Of a DNA stretch of 64,000 nucleotides, positions 29,911 to 39,544 are shown in pieces. The position numbers and the translations under genes are program-made. Each line of letters begins with the position of its first letter. The stretch's first letter is position 1. The stretch comes from Armatimonadota bacterium. Lineage in GTDB: Bacteria > Armatimonadota > UBA5829 > DTLH01. The notes under the pieces are model-generated. The model made no database searches. It saw only the letters and a list, made by a program, of their open reading frames with translations, and was not told the origin of the DNA. The stretch is taken from contig JBBRAE010000001.1 in assembly GCA_038207085.1 (NCBI GenBank), positions 128,001 through 192,000 on the forward strand. Reading direction: 5' to 3'.

Positions 29911-30098
29911 GAGTGGACCCTCCTCGGGGATTATATCAGAAATTGCAGTGACAAAGAAGCCCGCCCGCTATTTATACTGATTTCTACCCCAGTAAAGTTT
30001 CCTGCTTATGATACCGACAATAGTAACAGTCAAAGCAGGCAGATATGCCGGACATGGCGATCCGTGCACAGTGTATTGTGAACACAAGGAGGCAGTCG

Positions 30099-31193
30099 AT
30101 GCAAGCTGTAGTTTTAGCAGGAGGCCGAGGGACAAGACTTCAACCGCTCTCAATGAGCACGCCTAAGCCTATGCTCCCGCTTTTTAGTAAACCTGTGGTG
30201 GAGCACAGCATTGAGCTCTTGCGCAAGCACGGCATCGATGAGATCATTCTCGCCATCTCTGCCGACACCCGAGAGATTATCGAGCACTTCGGTGATGGCA
30301 AGGAATGGGGAGTGCGTATCCGATACTCCATCGAAACAGAGCCCCAAGGCACGGCGGGAGCTGTGAAGCTTCTTCAGCCCCATATTACAGATACTTTTCT
30401 CGTAGTTTCCGGCGACACGATAACAGATTTTGACCTGACAGCGGCGATAGACTTCCACCGCACGAGATCGGCATTAGCGACGATTCTCATCCACGAGATG
30501 GACGACCCGTCCGACTACGGAATCGTGCAGCACGAGTCCGACGGCCGCATTACTCGGCTTCACGAAAAGCCCAAGGAATCGGAGATCTTCTCAACAAAGA
30601 TCAACACGGGAATATACGTGCTTGAGCCTGAAGCATTGAGCAGCATCCCCTACTTCACCGCCTACGACTTCTCCCGGGACTTGATCCCGAGGATGCTCAG
30701 AAACCAGGAACCGGTCTACGGATGCCAACTACCGGGTTATTGGTGTGACGTGGGAAGTACTCTTCGTTATAGAAACGCTCATTTCGACGCGCTAACAGGC
30801 AAAGCGCACATCGATATTGAAGGAACTCAGGTTGAGCCAGGGGTATGGATCGGCGACGAGGCGGAGATTCATTCCACAGCAGAGCTTGTCGGCCCAGTAT
30901 TTCTCGGCACCGGCGCGGAGCTTCGCAAGAACAGCGTGCTTCGTCCCTTTGCAGTCGTTGGAGAAAACAGCCTGGTCGATGAGGCGGCGACAGTATCGCG
31001 CAGCATTATCGGGAACGGGGCGCTCATTGGTAAAGGGTCGAAGATTACCGACTGTGTGATCGGAGACGGATATCACGTGCGCGATCAGAAATCAGTCGCA
31101 AATCAGATGATCCATCAAAACGAGGACGCTGAACTGGTGATAGTTAGCCTGCAACCCGCGTCCAAAGAGTTCTCCGAGAAGAGTTACGCCTGA
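30099..31193 (+). CDS. Mannose-1-phosphate guanylyltransferase / NDP-sugar synthase
   Basis: LAGG.GTRL.PL...PKPM.P, GTAGAV, EKP, INTGIY, hexapeptide repeats. Confidence 0.9.
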   Translation: MQAVVLAGGRGTRLQPLSMSTPKPMLPLFSKPVVEHSIELLRKHGIDEIILAISADTREIIEHFGDGKEWGVRIRYSIETEPQGTAGAVKLLQPHITDTFLVVSGDTITDFDLTAAIDFHRTRSALATILIHEMDDPSDYGIVQHESDGRITRLHEKPKESEIFSTKINTGIYVLEPEALSSIPYFTAYDFSRDLIPRMLRNQEPVYGCQLPGYWCDVGSTLRYRNAHFDALTGKAHIDIEGTQVEPGVWIGDEAEIHSTAELVGPVFLGTGAELRKNSVLRPFAVVGENSLVDEAATVSRSIIGNGALIGKGSKITDCVIGDGYHVRDQKSVANQMIHQNEDAELVIVSLQPASKEFSEKSYA

Positions 31194-31200
31194 AAATAAT

Positions 31201-31230
31201 TGCAGGGTGGGCTGAGGGGTCCACTCTGCA
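31201..31230 (+). terminator. Hairpin after NDP-sugar synthase
   Basis: tgcagggtggg...tccactctgca. Confidence 0.5.
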
Positions 31231-31248
31231 GTCTCTAGCTCAAAACCA

Positions 31249-31329
31249 CTAGCCCACTTTATTCGCTTCACGAATAAAGCTCTCGCTAACAAAGCATTAT
31301 TCACGTTCCTCGTGAATAATGCAGGCTAG
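31249..31329. mobile_element. 73-bp MITE/REP-like palindromic element, second full copy, with CTAG direct-repeat flanks
   Basis: CTAG-cccactttattcg...cgtgaataatgcagg-CTAG. Confidence 0.75.
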
Positions 31330-33659
31330 AAACTCATCCCAAGCTTTGCTGTAGCCTTGTAATCGCTTCTGTTATCCAAGGCGTCCTGCTCGTACTGCAC
31401 CATTTCTCCGGCAAGCGATAGGTTGAAGCTTGCTCCCACGATATGGGTGTATCCAACGGTATAAGTTGTGGTTGCCTGTGCGGCAGCGTTGATCGCTTCA
31501 GCGAGCTTGTAAGTCGTCGTCAGGTTGCCGTGACCGAACATAGGCATCTTCAGCCCAAGTCTTGTCTCACGAGTCAGCCGGTCGGACAAGTACTCCTCGT
31601 TTTCGGAATAAGCACCAGTGACGCCCACAATACCAAGCTTCATGTCGAGCCCGAGCGCCGTCGTCGTCACTCGGCGTACTTTGCCCTTGTCGTCTTCCGG
31701 ATTATATGCGTATTGTCCCGTCAACTTGAAGCGCTTGCTACTGCCAAGTGCCATCTTGACAGACGTAGTATCAATTTCCTCACTTCCGTCGGTATCGCGC
31801 GTCTTGTAGTTGCCCGACATCTCCATAAACGAAAGCGGCTTGACTTGGCCGGAGTAGCTGCAAATTGTGGTTATCGCCTCACCGTTGACGGCTTCGCTGT
31901 AGCCGGTTGCCAGTTTGAACCTGTCGCTCGGTGCAATCTCGAGTTTCGCGTCACGGTTCATCTGTTCGGAGTCTCCGAGGGTCTTCTGGCCCATTCCTGC
32001 GGAAATACTAAGAAAATCGGTAGGCTTTGCGCTCAATCTAAGCGACTGGCGCTGCTCTTCGGCGTTGAAATCGCTCTGCTTATCGCCGTAGCTACCCTCA
32101 ATGCTCGCAATTTGGCCAAACTTAGCCTTCATATTCAAGTCAATGCCTGTCTCTGTGCCTTTTTCTGAATCGCTCATAGAAAGAGCGGTCTGCAACTGAA
32201 CGGCATCAATGGGGTTGGCGGCAATCTTTACCTGAGCTTTGCCGGTTTGTCCTGCTGTCACCGATTCGGTTCCGGTGTAGGCGGCGTCCATATTGAAGCG
32301 CGTGCCAGATACGGCTTTGATGCCGACATCAAGACGGGTATCGGTCTGGCCCGCATCGTTTGCATTCATAACAAGATCAGTTCTCAGCTGAATGCCTTCA
32401 ATCGGGGTGGTGGTAACGCCGACAGCGGTCTTGGTACGCTGTCCATTAATCTCTGAGTCGACGTTTGCGAAGCTGGCGTGGACACTTGTTCGCTTGGTTG
32501 GGTCAAGCTTAACCGCCACGTCGTATGCCGTCTCTTCGCCGGTCTTCTCTGAGTTCCTGAGGTTCAAATTGCTCGTCAGTTGGATGTTCTTGAGTGCACT
32601 GGACTGGATAGCGACCTTGGTGGTTTCCATAGAGGTCGTCAGGCCGTTTGATGAGTTATCCGAATTGGCAAACGAGGCCGACACTGATGTCTTGTCGCCG
32701 AGCTTGTGGTTCAGGCTGTAGGTGTCGGTCGAAACGCCGGAGGTTTTGCCGTCTTTTGCTTCAGTTTCGTTTTCGACGTGCGAGTAAGCAAGAGTCGGCA
32801 TATTGGGCAGATTAATAACGACTTTCTGTTCCTGATTCGCCTGCCCCCCAGCCTGCGCGCCGAGATTGTCCTGTTCTTTATAGGAAAACGATGCGAATAC
32901 GACATCAGAGGCTTTGCCATAGGTACCGATGAGATCAATGCCTTCCTTTGCCGACTGCAGGTTGTATTCTTTGGCTGCAGAGAAACCCTGTCCTGTGCGG
33001 GTGAGGTTGCCCTTCAGTGCGAACTTACCAATGGAGGTATCAGCACCGAGTTTGAGCGCAGTGCGGTCGAGGAAGTCACCGGGGTCCCCCGGACTGTTGG
33101 AGTTGCCCGGACTGAACAGCAAAGTGGTAGAAAGCCCGGACTTGTCGCCGATCTTGCGGTCTCCGGATAGCCCGAACACCGATAGTCCTGAGCCGGAGTT
33201 CTGGGCGACGCCGCCACCTCTATAGAAACCGAGCATTTGAAGGCTGCCGCGGTCGCCGTCTACGAGCTTTGCGTTAAGCGGCATTGTGAGCTCGCCGCCG
33301 TTCTTCACGGCCTTGTTCGAAAGCTTGTGATAGGAGACGCGTACCATTGTGCGGTCGGCAACCGGTTCGGCGAACGCGAGCATCCCCGAGCCGTAATCTA
33401 TTGTATATTCCTGGCCGCGGACAAGCTTGCGACCTGTGATCAGCACGTTATCGGTTTCGGACTCGATGTTCTTCCATGAGAGCATGTAGGGCCCGGAGGA
33501 TCCGTTGCCTACGAAGACGTCGCTTATGACGTCGAACCCTATCTGCGACAAATCGTTTGACTCCGCCGCGAACATCTGGGCGCCAGCAGGGCTTGGACAG
33601 GCGACGAGCGAATATGCGAGCGTAATCGCAAGGCAAATCGCTGGTTTTGCTGAAATCAT
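31326..33659 (-). CDS. Large secreted beta-strand-rich protein, probable outer-membrane beta-barrel
   Basis: Signal peptide, long run of amphipathic strands, terminal Phe (KLGMSF). Confidence 0.6.
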   Translation of the reverse strand: MISAKPAICLAITLAYSLVACPSPAGAQMFAAESNDLSQIGFDVISDVFVGNGSSGPYMLSWKNIESETDNVLITGRKLVRGQEYTIDYGSGMLAFAEPVADRTMVRVSYHKLSNKAVKNGGELTMPLNAKLVDGDRGSLQMLGFYRGGGVAQNSGSGLSVFGLSGDRKIGDKSGLSTTLLFSPGNSNSPGDPGDFLDRTALKLGADTSIGKFALKGNLTRTGQGFSAAKEYNLQSAKEGIDLIGTYGKASDVVFASFSYKEQDNLGAQAGGQANQEQKVVINLPNMPTLAYSHVENETEAKDGKTSGVSTDTYSLNHKLGDKTSVSASFANSDNSSNGLTTSMETTKVAIQSSALKNIQLTSNLNLRNSEKTGEETAYDVAVKLDPTKRTSVHASFANVDSEINGQRTKTAVGVTTTPIEGIQLRTDLVMNANDAGQTDTRLDVGIKAVSGTRFNMDAAYTGTESVTAGQTGKAQVKIAANPIDAVQLQTALSMSDSEKGTETGIDLNMKAKFGQIASIEGSYGDKQSDFNAEEQRQSLRLSAKPTDFLSISAGMGQKTLGDSEQMNRDAKLEIAPSDRFKLATGYSEAVNGEAITTICSYSGQVKPLSFMEMSGNYKTRDTDGSEEIDTTSVKMALGSSKRFKLTGQYAYNPEDDKGKVRRVTTTALGLDMKLGIVGVTGAYSENEEYLSDRLTRETRLGLKMPMFGHGNLTTTYKLAEAINAAAQATTTYTVGYTHIVGASFNLSLAGEMVQYEQDALDNRSDYKATAKLGMSF

Positions 33660-33794
33660 GCGCCTTCCATCCTCCTACATTATTTGTGCCACTCGTGTGG
33701 CACAATACGTAATGATTTTACCACACAGCAGAGCTTACAACAATATACTACATCAGACAGCGACTAAAGACGCGCCTCTGCCTGCTAGATTGCC

Positions 33795-36700
33795 TTATAC
33801 TCCGTGACTTTTCACCCAGGATCTCTGTCCGGCGGAGCGAACACGTTCCTTGAACGGACGCCTCTCCCCCGGAGACTCGCTTCTGTACTCAGGTCCAAGT
33901 GGATATATCCTGCTCGCAATGACGCTTATGCCGCGTTTACCCATCTTCTGCAATTTGCCTTCGATGATAAGTGCAGGATTATTAAAGATTACAGAGCCAA
34001 ACTTATCATATACCTTTGGGAATACGACTGTGTCGACAAGCCCCTCTTCGTCCTCAAGCGTCACAAAAACGACGACAGCTCCCGACTTTGTGGGTGGACG
34101 CATGCAGATGACGACTACACCTGCAACCCTGACAATCGTCTTATCCTGTAGGCTTTCAAGCCTGCTCGTCTCTACAACCCCGCGAGTTTCGAGCTTTTCG
34201 CGATAAAAGACCAGCGGATGGCACATCGGCGAAAGCCCCATTATCTCGTAGTCGGCCTGAAGTCTCTCGTGCGGCGAGAGTTCCTGCACATCCGGCAGAT
34301 ACGATAGATCCTCATCAGCGTCGGGAGTGACGCTGTCAAACAGAGTCTCGATTTCGGACTGCTGATTTCGAATTGCCGATCTCTTCGGCTGCCGGCTTGA
34401 AATTTCACCGAGAAGCCATGCAAGCTTCCCCCGATCGTGCCCGAAACAGTCGAACACCCCCACCCTGATAAGGTTTTCGATAATCGGGCGGTCCACCTTT
34501 GTCCTGGCACAGAAATCAGCAAAAGAAGAATATACGCGATCTTTTCTTGCACTTGTGATCGACTCCATCGCCGCCTCACTCATCCCCTTGATCTGTGAAA
34601 GCGCGATGCGAATGCCGGGCGAGAGCCTGGAGTCCTCATCATACTCCACGGTAAATCTTTTGCCGCTCAGATTCACATCCACCCCGAGTATTCGGATTCC
34701 GAGGCGGCGGGCGTCCTCGATGATCACGTTTGGCGGATAGAACCCCATCGGTTCGTTTGAGAGTATCCCAGCGAGGAACTCTGCTGGATAATGGGCTTTT
34801 AGATAAGCTGTCTGATAGGCGATTTTTGCAAAAGACGCCGCATGCGCCTTGCAAAAACCATACGCGGCGAAGGCTCTCAGACGAGTGAACACCTCCTCGG
34901 CGGCGCTTTGAGTCACCCCGTTTTGCCGCGCGCCTTCCATAAAGCTCACTTTTATCTTTTCCATCTCGTCTTGAGACCGATCGGTAGTCATAGCGCGCCG
35001 AAATGAGTCGGCTTGGCCGTAGGTGAAGCCGGCGACGACCGTAGCCGCCTGGATCACCTGCTCTTGAAAGAGCACAATTCCGTAAGTGTTTTTCAGCACC
35101 GGCTCAAGCCCTGGGTGCAGGTAGGTGACCGGCTCCTCACCGTGGCGGCGGGCAATGAACGGGTTGATCATATCCGCCTGCATCGGCCCCGGGCGAAAGA
35201 GCGATATCTGGGCGATTATGTCTTCAAAGCGCTCAGGCTGGAGCCGTCCAAGGAGCCCGCGCATCCCAGGGGATTCAACTTGAAAGAGCCCAATGGTCTT
35301 GGTAGAGCAAAGCATTTCGTAGACCTTGGTGTCGCACTCTGGGATGTTGTCGATATCGAGATCGACGCCGTGATGCTTCTTTATCAGCGGAAGCGCGTCC
35401 TCTATTGCAGACAAATTGCGAAGCCCGAGGATATCCATCTTTACAAGTCCAAGTTCTTCGATGTCATCTTTATCAAACTGTGACACAATCACCCCTTTGG
35501 TCGCCCATTCAAGTGGCACGAGGTCAGTGAGGAGCCCACGGCTGATGACGACCCCGCCGAGGTGGACTGAGAGATGCCGAGGGAAGCCGTCGATCTTCTC
35601 GCACACGTCAAGAAGCGTCTCAAGCTTCCATATAGGAATATGGCTGTCGCGTATTTCGGGGAGCTTTTCGGCGACTTCTCTTATTTTGTCGGCGTGTGTA
35701 TGTGGCAGGGCACGAGCAAGCTGATCAAGCTCAGCCGGAGGAAAGTCCATGGCCTTGCCGATATCTCGGACGGCTGACCTCGCGCAAAGCGTGCTCACGG
35801 TGCAGACCATCGCGACTTTGTCCTCGCCGTAGCGGTTGTATATGTAGTTGATCACCTCGTCGCGGCGGTTTGCATCAAAGTCTATATCGATATCGGGCAT
35901 GCCTCTTCGCTCCGGGTTCAGGAAGCGCTCAAAGAGCAGGTCGTGCTCCAGTGGGTCGACTATAGTGATCCCCAGACAATAGGCGACGATCGAGTCTGCC
36001 GCCGAGCCTCTTCCAGAGCAGCGAACACCGTGTTCCCGGGCATATTTGACTATGTCCCAGACGGCTAGAAAATACTCTGCAAACCCAAGATCGTGAATAA
36101 CCGAAAGTTCGTGCTGCAGCCGCTTAGTGGCTTTTGGAGTAAGCGGATAGTATAGCTTTGTTAAACCTTCAAAGCAAAGCTTGCACAAATAGCTGTAAGG
36201 CGTCTCTCCGTCCTGCACTGGAAAGCCGGGGAAGCGATATGTTCCGAGGCCAAGATCGAGATTGCACTGCCCAGCGACCCAGTCCGTCGTCGCGATCGCA
36301 TTTGAGTAACGGGTGAAGATGTTCGCCATCGCTCTTGGGGTTTTTAGATAATATTCGGCGTTCTGCTTGCGCGAGGGGTGCCCGTCGTCGAGCGTAGTGA
36401 TCGTCCGCACGCAGGAGAGTATGTCTTGGACCTTGAAGTCGGACTTTTCTGCATAGTGAACGTTGTTTGTTGCGACGATTCTAAGCGAAAGCTCGTCTGC
36501 CAGCAATGCAAGGCTGGCGTTTAAGAGACTCGTCCCGGGGAGCATGTGGTTCTGAAGCTCGATCAGATAGTTCTCGCGCCCAAATATCTCAATGTAACGC
36601 CCGGCGGCTGCTTTGGCATCGTCAACCCTGCCCTGGGCGACAAGTGAGGGGACTTCCCCCTTCGGGCACCCAGACAGGCAAAATAGCTGCTCCCTGTGAC

Positions 36701-37031
36701 GGTTTAGTATATCAAAACTCGCCCGAGCCTGCCCCTTCTCGTGCGAAAGCTGCGAGCGGGTGATGATCCGGCACAGGTTCGAGTAGCCGGTGATGTCTTT
36801 GGCAAGAAGCACGACGTGCCCCCCACCCTCTATCTCGATCTCGACCCCGATGATCGGCTTGACCCCGATCTTTTTCGCGTATTTATAGAACCTGACCGCC
36901 CCGTAGAGCCCATTGTGGTCGGTCAGCGCAAGCGAGTCGCAGCCGACCGCCTTCGCCCGGTCGACAAGCGAACGAACGTCGCTTCCACCGTCGAGAAACG
37001 AATAATTGGAATGAACGTGCAAGTGAACCAT
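33795..37031 (-). CDS. dnaE2: Error-prone DNA polymerase III alpha subunit (DnaE2/ImuC)
   Basis: PHP HLHVHS/TDH, GRGSAA, PDIDID, KMDILG, YGFCKAHA, RPPTKSG; short C-terminus; downstream of the imuB-like gene. Confidence 0.92.
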   Translation of the reverse strand: MVHLHVHSNYSFLDGGSDVRSLVDRAKAVGCDSLALTDHNGLYGAVRFYKYAKKIGVKPIIGVEIEIEGGGHVVLLAKDITGYSNLCRIITRSQLSHEKGQARASFDILNRHREQLFCLSGCPKGEVPSLVAQGRVDDAKAAAGRYIEIFGRENYLIELQNHMLPGTSLLNASLALLADELSLRIVATNNVHYAEKSDFKVQDILSCVRTITTLDDGHPSRKQNAEYYLKTPRAMANIFTRYSNAIATTDWVAGQCNLDLGLGTYRFPGFPVQDGETPYSYLCKLCFEGLTKLYYPLTPKATKRLQHELSVIHDLGFAEYFLAVWDIVKYAREHGVRCSGRGSAADSIVAYCLGITIVDPLEHDLLFERFLNPERRGMPDIDIDFDANRRDEVINYIYNRYGEDKVAMVCTVSTLCARSAVRDIGKAMDFPPAELDQLARALPHTHADKIREVAEKLPEIRDSHIPIWKLETLLDVCEKIDGFPRHLSVHLGGVVISRGLLTDLVPLEWATKGVIVSQFDKDDIEELGLVKMDILGLRNLSAIEDALPLIKKHHGVDLDIDNIPECDTKVYEMLCSTKTIGLFQVESPGMRGLLGRLQPERFEDIIAQISLFRPGPMQADMINPFIARRHGEEPVTYLHPGLEPVLKNTYGIVLFQEQVIQAATVVAGFTYGQADSFRRAMTTDRSQDEMEKIKVSFMEGARQNGVTQSAAEEVFTRLRAFAAYGFCKAHAASFAKIAYQTAYLKAHYPAEFLAGILSNEPMGFYPPNVIIEDARRLGIRILGVDVNLSGKRFTVEYDEDSRLSPGIRIALSQIKGMSEAAMESITSARKDRVYSSFADFCARTKVDRPIIENLIRVGVFDCFGHDRGKLAWLLGEISSRQPKRSAIRNQQSEIETLFDSVTPDADEDLSYLPDVQELSPHERLQADYEIMGLSPMCHPLVFYREKLETRGVVETSRLESLQDKTIVRVAGVVVICMRPPTKSGAVVVFVTLEDEEGLVDTVVFPKVYDKFGSVIFNNPALIIEGKLQKMGKRGISVIASRIYPLGPEYRSESPGERRPFKERVRSAGQRSWVKSHGV

Positions 37032-37040
37032 AAGTATCTG

Positions 37041-37289
37041 CTAGTCTTCCGTTCTGAAGACCTGCCACGCCTCCCTGCTGTGGTCGAATTTTAGCTCGTA
37101 AATGCCGTTTTTGTCGGTCCTGACCCGGAAAAACGTGTTTTCAGACTCACCGTCCCACCATGCGCCGACCAGCCGCCAGCACTCCTGAACCTCGGTGACA
37201 CGATGCACCCTGCCGCGCCACTCAAAAGCTAGAGGATGGTTGCGATTATTAAGTGTCACCGTTATAGATTGCGAAACATGCTTGCTCAT
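37041..37289 (-). CDS. DUF6504-like small protein
   Basis: P.AF.WRGR...V......W.....WW, FRV, YEL......W pattern; lies between imuB and dnaE2. Confidence 0.8.
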   Translation of the reverse strand: MSKHVSQSITVTLNNRNHPLAFEWRGRVHRVTEVQECWRLVGAWWDGESENTFFRVRTDKNGIYELKFDHSREAWQVFRTED

Positions 37290-37292
37290 TTA

Positions 37293-38492
37293 CTACAAAG
37301 CCACCCTGAATATCACCCTTTCCCTGCCCGCAGCGGCAAGTGAGGATGCATATATAAGCGCGCTGTCTCCAAATCTCAAGTGCACCGACTCCATCACCAC
37401 ATCAAGCTTCCTCCGCCGCTCAGAATCCCCGAGCAGGCAGAGCTGCAGCCCCTCGCCCATTGTGAGGTCCGAGAGCGTAATCGAAACCCCACTTGCCTCC
37501 ATCCCCGGACGCATCTGCATCGGCAGAAGGCGCTTCAGGGCAAAAAGAATGTCAGCGGCGCGATTCACGGGTCGCTTCAAACGCCATAATGACGGCCGTT
37601 GGGAAGTTGCGGATTGTAAATCCAAGGGATCTGCGTAAACACTAAACTCAACCCTCTCTGCAAGCCTGTTCTGACTCCGAAGCTCGAGCGCGAGACGTTC
37701 CGCGATTGGCCCAAGCTCAGATTCAACATATGAAGGCTCCAACAATGAATTTGTGAACATATGTTCGGTATTAATAACTTCAGGCGGCCACATCTGTTTC
37801 ACCTGGCAGTGATCCACACCAAGCGCAAGCCGGTGAAGCCGTTCACCCGTGACGCCGAACTGGCGCGTAAGCAGTCGCTCCGGCACAAGAGCGAGTTGAC
37901 CGATCGTGCGCACGCCGAGCTCATTGAGCCTGCGCGTGGTTTTCTCGCCCACCCCCGGAAGCGCTCCTACAGGAATCGGAGATATGAACTCCTGCTCGCG
38001 GCCCGGCGCGACTATCCGCAACCGCCCCGTATCCGATGCGATTTGCGCCACGAGCTTGTTTGAGGCGATCCCCGCGCTTGCGGAGTAGCCCATCGCATTG
38101 ACAATACGAATCGCCTCCATCGCCATCTGTTTTGGGCCGCCGAAGAGCCTGCGGCTGGCAGTCACGTCGAGCCAGGCGCGGTCAAGTGAATCCGGCTCAA
38201 GAATTGGCGAGTAGTTACTGAGGACGTCCATCACGGCAGAAGAGACCGACCGATAAAGCGCGTAATCAGCCGAAACGAAAACACCATTGGGGCAGAGTCT
38301 CTGTGCGTGGCGCACGGTCATCCCCTCACACGCTCCGAAGCTCCTGGCCTCAGGCGACACCGACACCACAACCCCGCTCGTGTTCCCGGAACTCTTCGCG
38401 ACCATCACCGGCTTTCCGGCAAGTTCCGGCCTCCGCTGCACCTCAACCGAGGTGAAAAGCGACTCGACTCTGAAATGAATAACAGCTCTCAC
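37293..38492 (-). CDS. imuB: Y-family polymerase homologue with degenerate active site (ImuB-like)
   Basis: DinB fold (S.EAR.FG, GIASNKLVA, LPGVG) but catalytic motifs read HFRVESLF and SLDRAWLD; clamp-like QLCLL. Confidence 0.8.
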   Translation of the reverse strand: MRAVIHFRVESLFTSVEVQRRPELAGKPVMVAKSSGNTSGVVVSVSPEARSFGACEGMTVRHAQRLCPNGVFVSADYALYRSVSSAVMDVLSNYSPILEPDSLDRAWLDVTASRRLFGGPKQMAMEAIRIVNAMGYSASAGIASNKLVAQIASDTGRLRIVAPGREQEFISPIPVGALPGVGEKTTRRLNELGVRTIGQLALVPERLLTRQFGVTGERLHRLALGVDHCQVKQMWPPEVINTEHMFTNSLLEPSYVESELGPIAERLALELRSQNRLAERVEFSVYADPLDLQSATSQRPSLWRLKRPVNRAADILFALKRLLPMQMRPGMEASGVSITLSDLTMGEGLQLCLLGDSERRRKLDVVMESVHLRFGDSALIYASSLAAAGRERVIFRVAL

Positions 38493-38498
38493 ACCCTT

Positions 38499-38527
38499 AT
38501 TATGGCAGACGAACAGATGTTTGTCAA
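38499..38527 (-). promoter_or_regulatory. Sigma70 promoter with overlapping LexA (SOS) box
   Basis: Minus strand TTGACA-N17-CATAAT; CGAACagatGTTTG at 38510-38523. Confidence 0.8.
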
Positions 38528-38536
38528 GGCTGAAAG

Positions 38537-39343
38537 CTAGAAAACTGGGGGCTTGAGGTTAGGGGTGGGGACTGGCGTTTCACTCTCGATAGTTTGGCCA
38601 TCGTAGGCTAGCCTCATGTTATCGGGAAGCTCTGCGTTTGTTGTTTCGTGATCCAGTTTGTGGGCCATGTGGACGAAGTAGGTCTGCCTTGGGGCAAGCT
38701 CTTTTGCGGCCGATACCGCCTCTTCGAGCGAAAAATGCGTCTCGTGAGGCGTGCGTCTTAGTGCGCCAAGGACCAGGGTGTCGAGGTTCTTAAGAAGCGT
38801 TTTTGAGGCTTCAGGAATCTCGCTGCAGTCGGTGATGTAGGCAAGGTCGCCGATCCGATAGCCAAGTATATCCAAGCATCCGTGCTTGATCGGGATCGGG
38901 ATGATATCGACTCCTGAGGCGTTGAACGGGCCGGTCACTTCGACAAGATCAATTCTAGGCTTGCCTCCGCCGATCTGCGTAGGCTTGAAGATGTACCCGA
39001 ACGCCTGACGGACTGTTGCGAGCGTTTCGGCGTTCCCATAGCAGGATATCTTGCTGTCCTGCATCTCGTTGAAGCGGCGGATGTCGTCGAGACCGAAGAT
39101 ATGATCTGCGTGACCGTGCGTAAATAGGACGAAATCTACGCGCTCTACACCGTTTGCCAGGCACTGCAGGCGAAACTCAGGGGTAGTGTCGATGATTATG
39201 CTTTGTCCGTTACACTCCACGCGCGCAGAGGTTCTCATTCGCTTGTTGTTAGGGTCGATAGAGGTGCACACGGGGCACTTACAGCCGACCATCGGCACGC
39301 CGTGGGAGGTGCCGGTCCCCAGAAATGTCAGTTTCGTCCTCAT
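38537..39343 (-). CDS. MBL-fold metallo-hydrolase, PhnP-like
   Basis: LGTGTSHGVP..GC.C.VC.S, THGHADH..G.DD, YITD, HM.H, AYDG. Confidence 0.9.
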   Translation of the reverse strand: MRTKLTFLGTGTSHGVPMVGCKCPVCTSIDPNNKRMRTSARVECNGQSIIIDTTPEFRLQCLANGVERVDFVLFTHGHADHIFGLDDIRRFNEMQDSKISCYGNAETLATVRQAFGYIFKPTQIGGGKPRIDLVEVTGPFNASGVDIIPIPIKHGCLDILGYRIGDLAYITDCSEIPEASKTLLKNLDTLVLGALRRTPHETHFSLEEAVSAAKELAPRQTYFVHMAHKLDHETTNAELPDNMRLAYDGQTIESETPVPTPNLKPPVF

Positions 39344-39368
39344 CAGTCCCATCACTTTCCAGAGACAC

Positions 39369-39476
39369 ATCATAGACTCATAGAGTATCACTGTCAAGGG
39401 CCAGTGGCGGATAACGCCGTCGATCCGGCTCGTCCGGTTTAGATGGGCTTGGCAGAGGGTATCAAAATAGTACAAT
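39369..39476. promoter_or_regulatory. Divergent sigma70 promoters
   Basis: Minus TTGACA-N17-TATGAT (39369-39397); plus TTGGCA-N16-TACAAT (39449-39476). Confidence 0.55.
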
Positions 39477-39544
39477 GAAATTTCAGTCTCGCCTGTGATG
39501 CGAGCACGGGCAGGCTCTTTGCTCGTGGAAAGGATGGGTCAGGG

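Noticed and set aside
37293..38492. Annotation as active DNA polymerase IV (dinB)
   Set aside because: Two catalytic acidic residues are replaced by Arg, and the dnaE2 context fits ImuB
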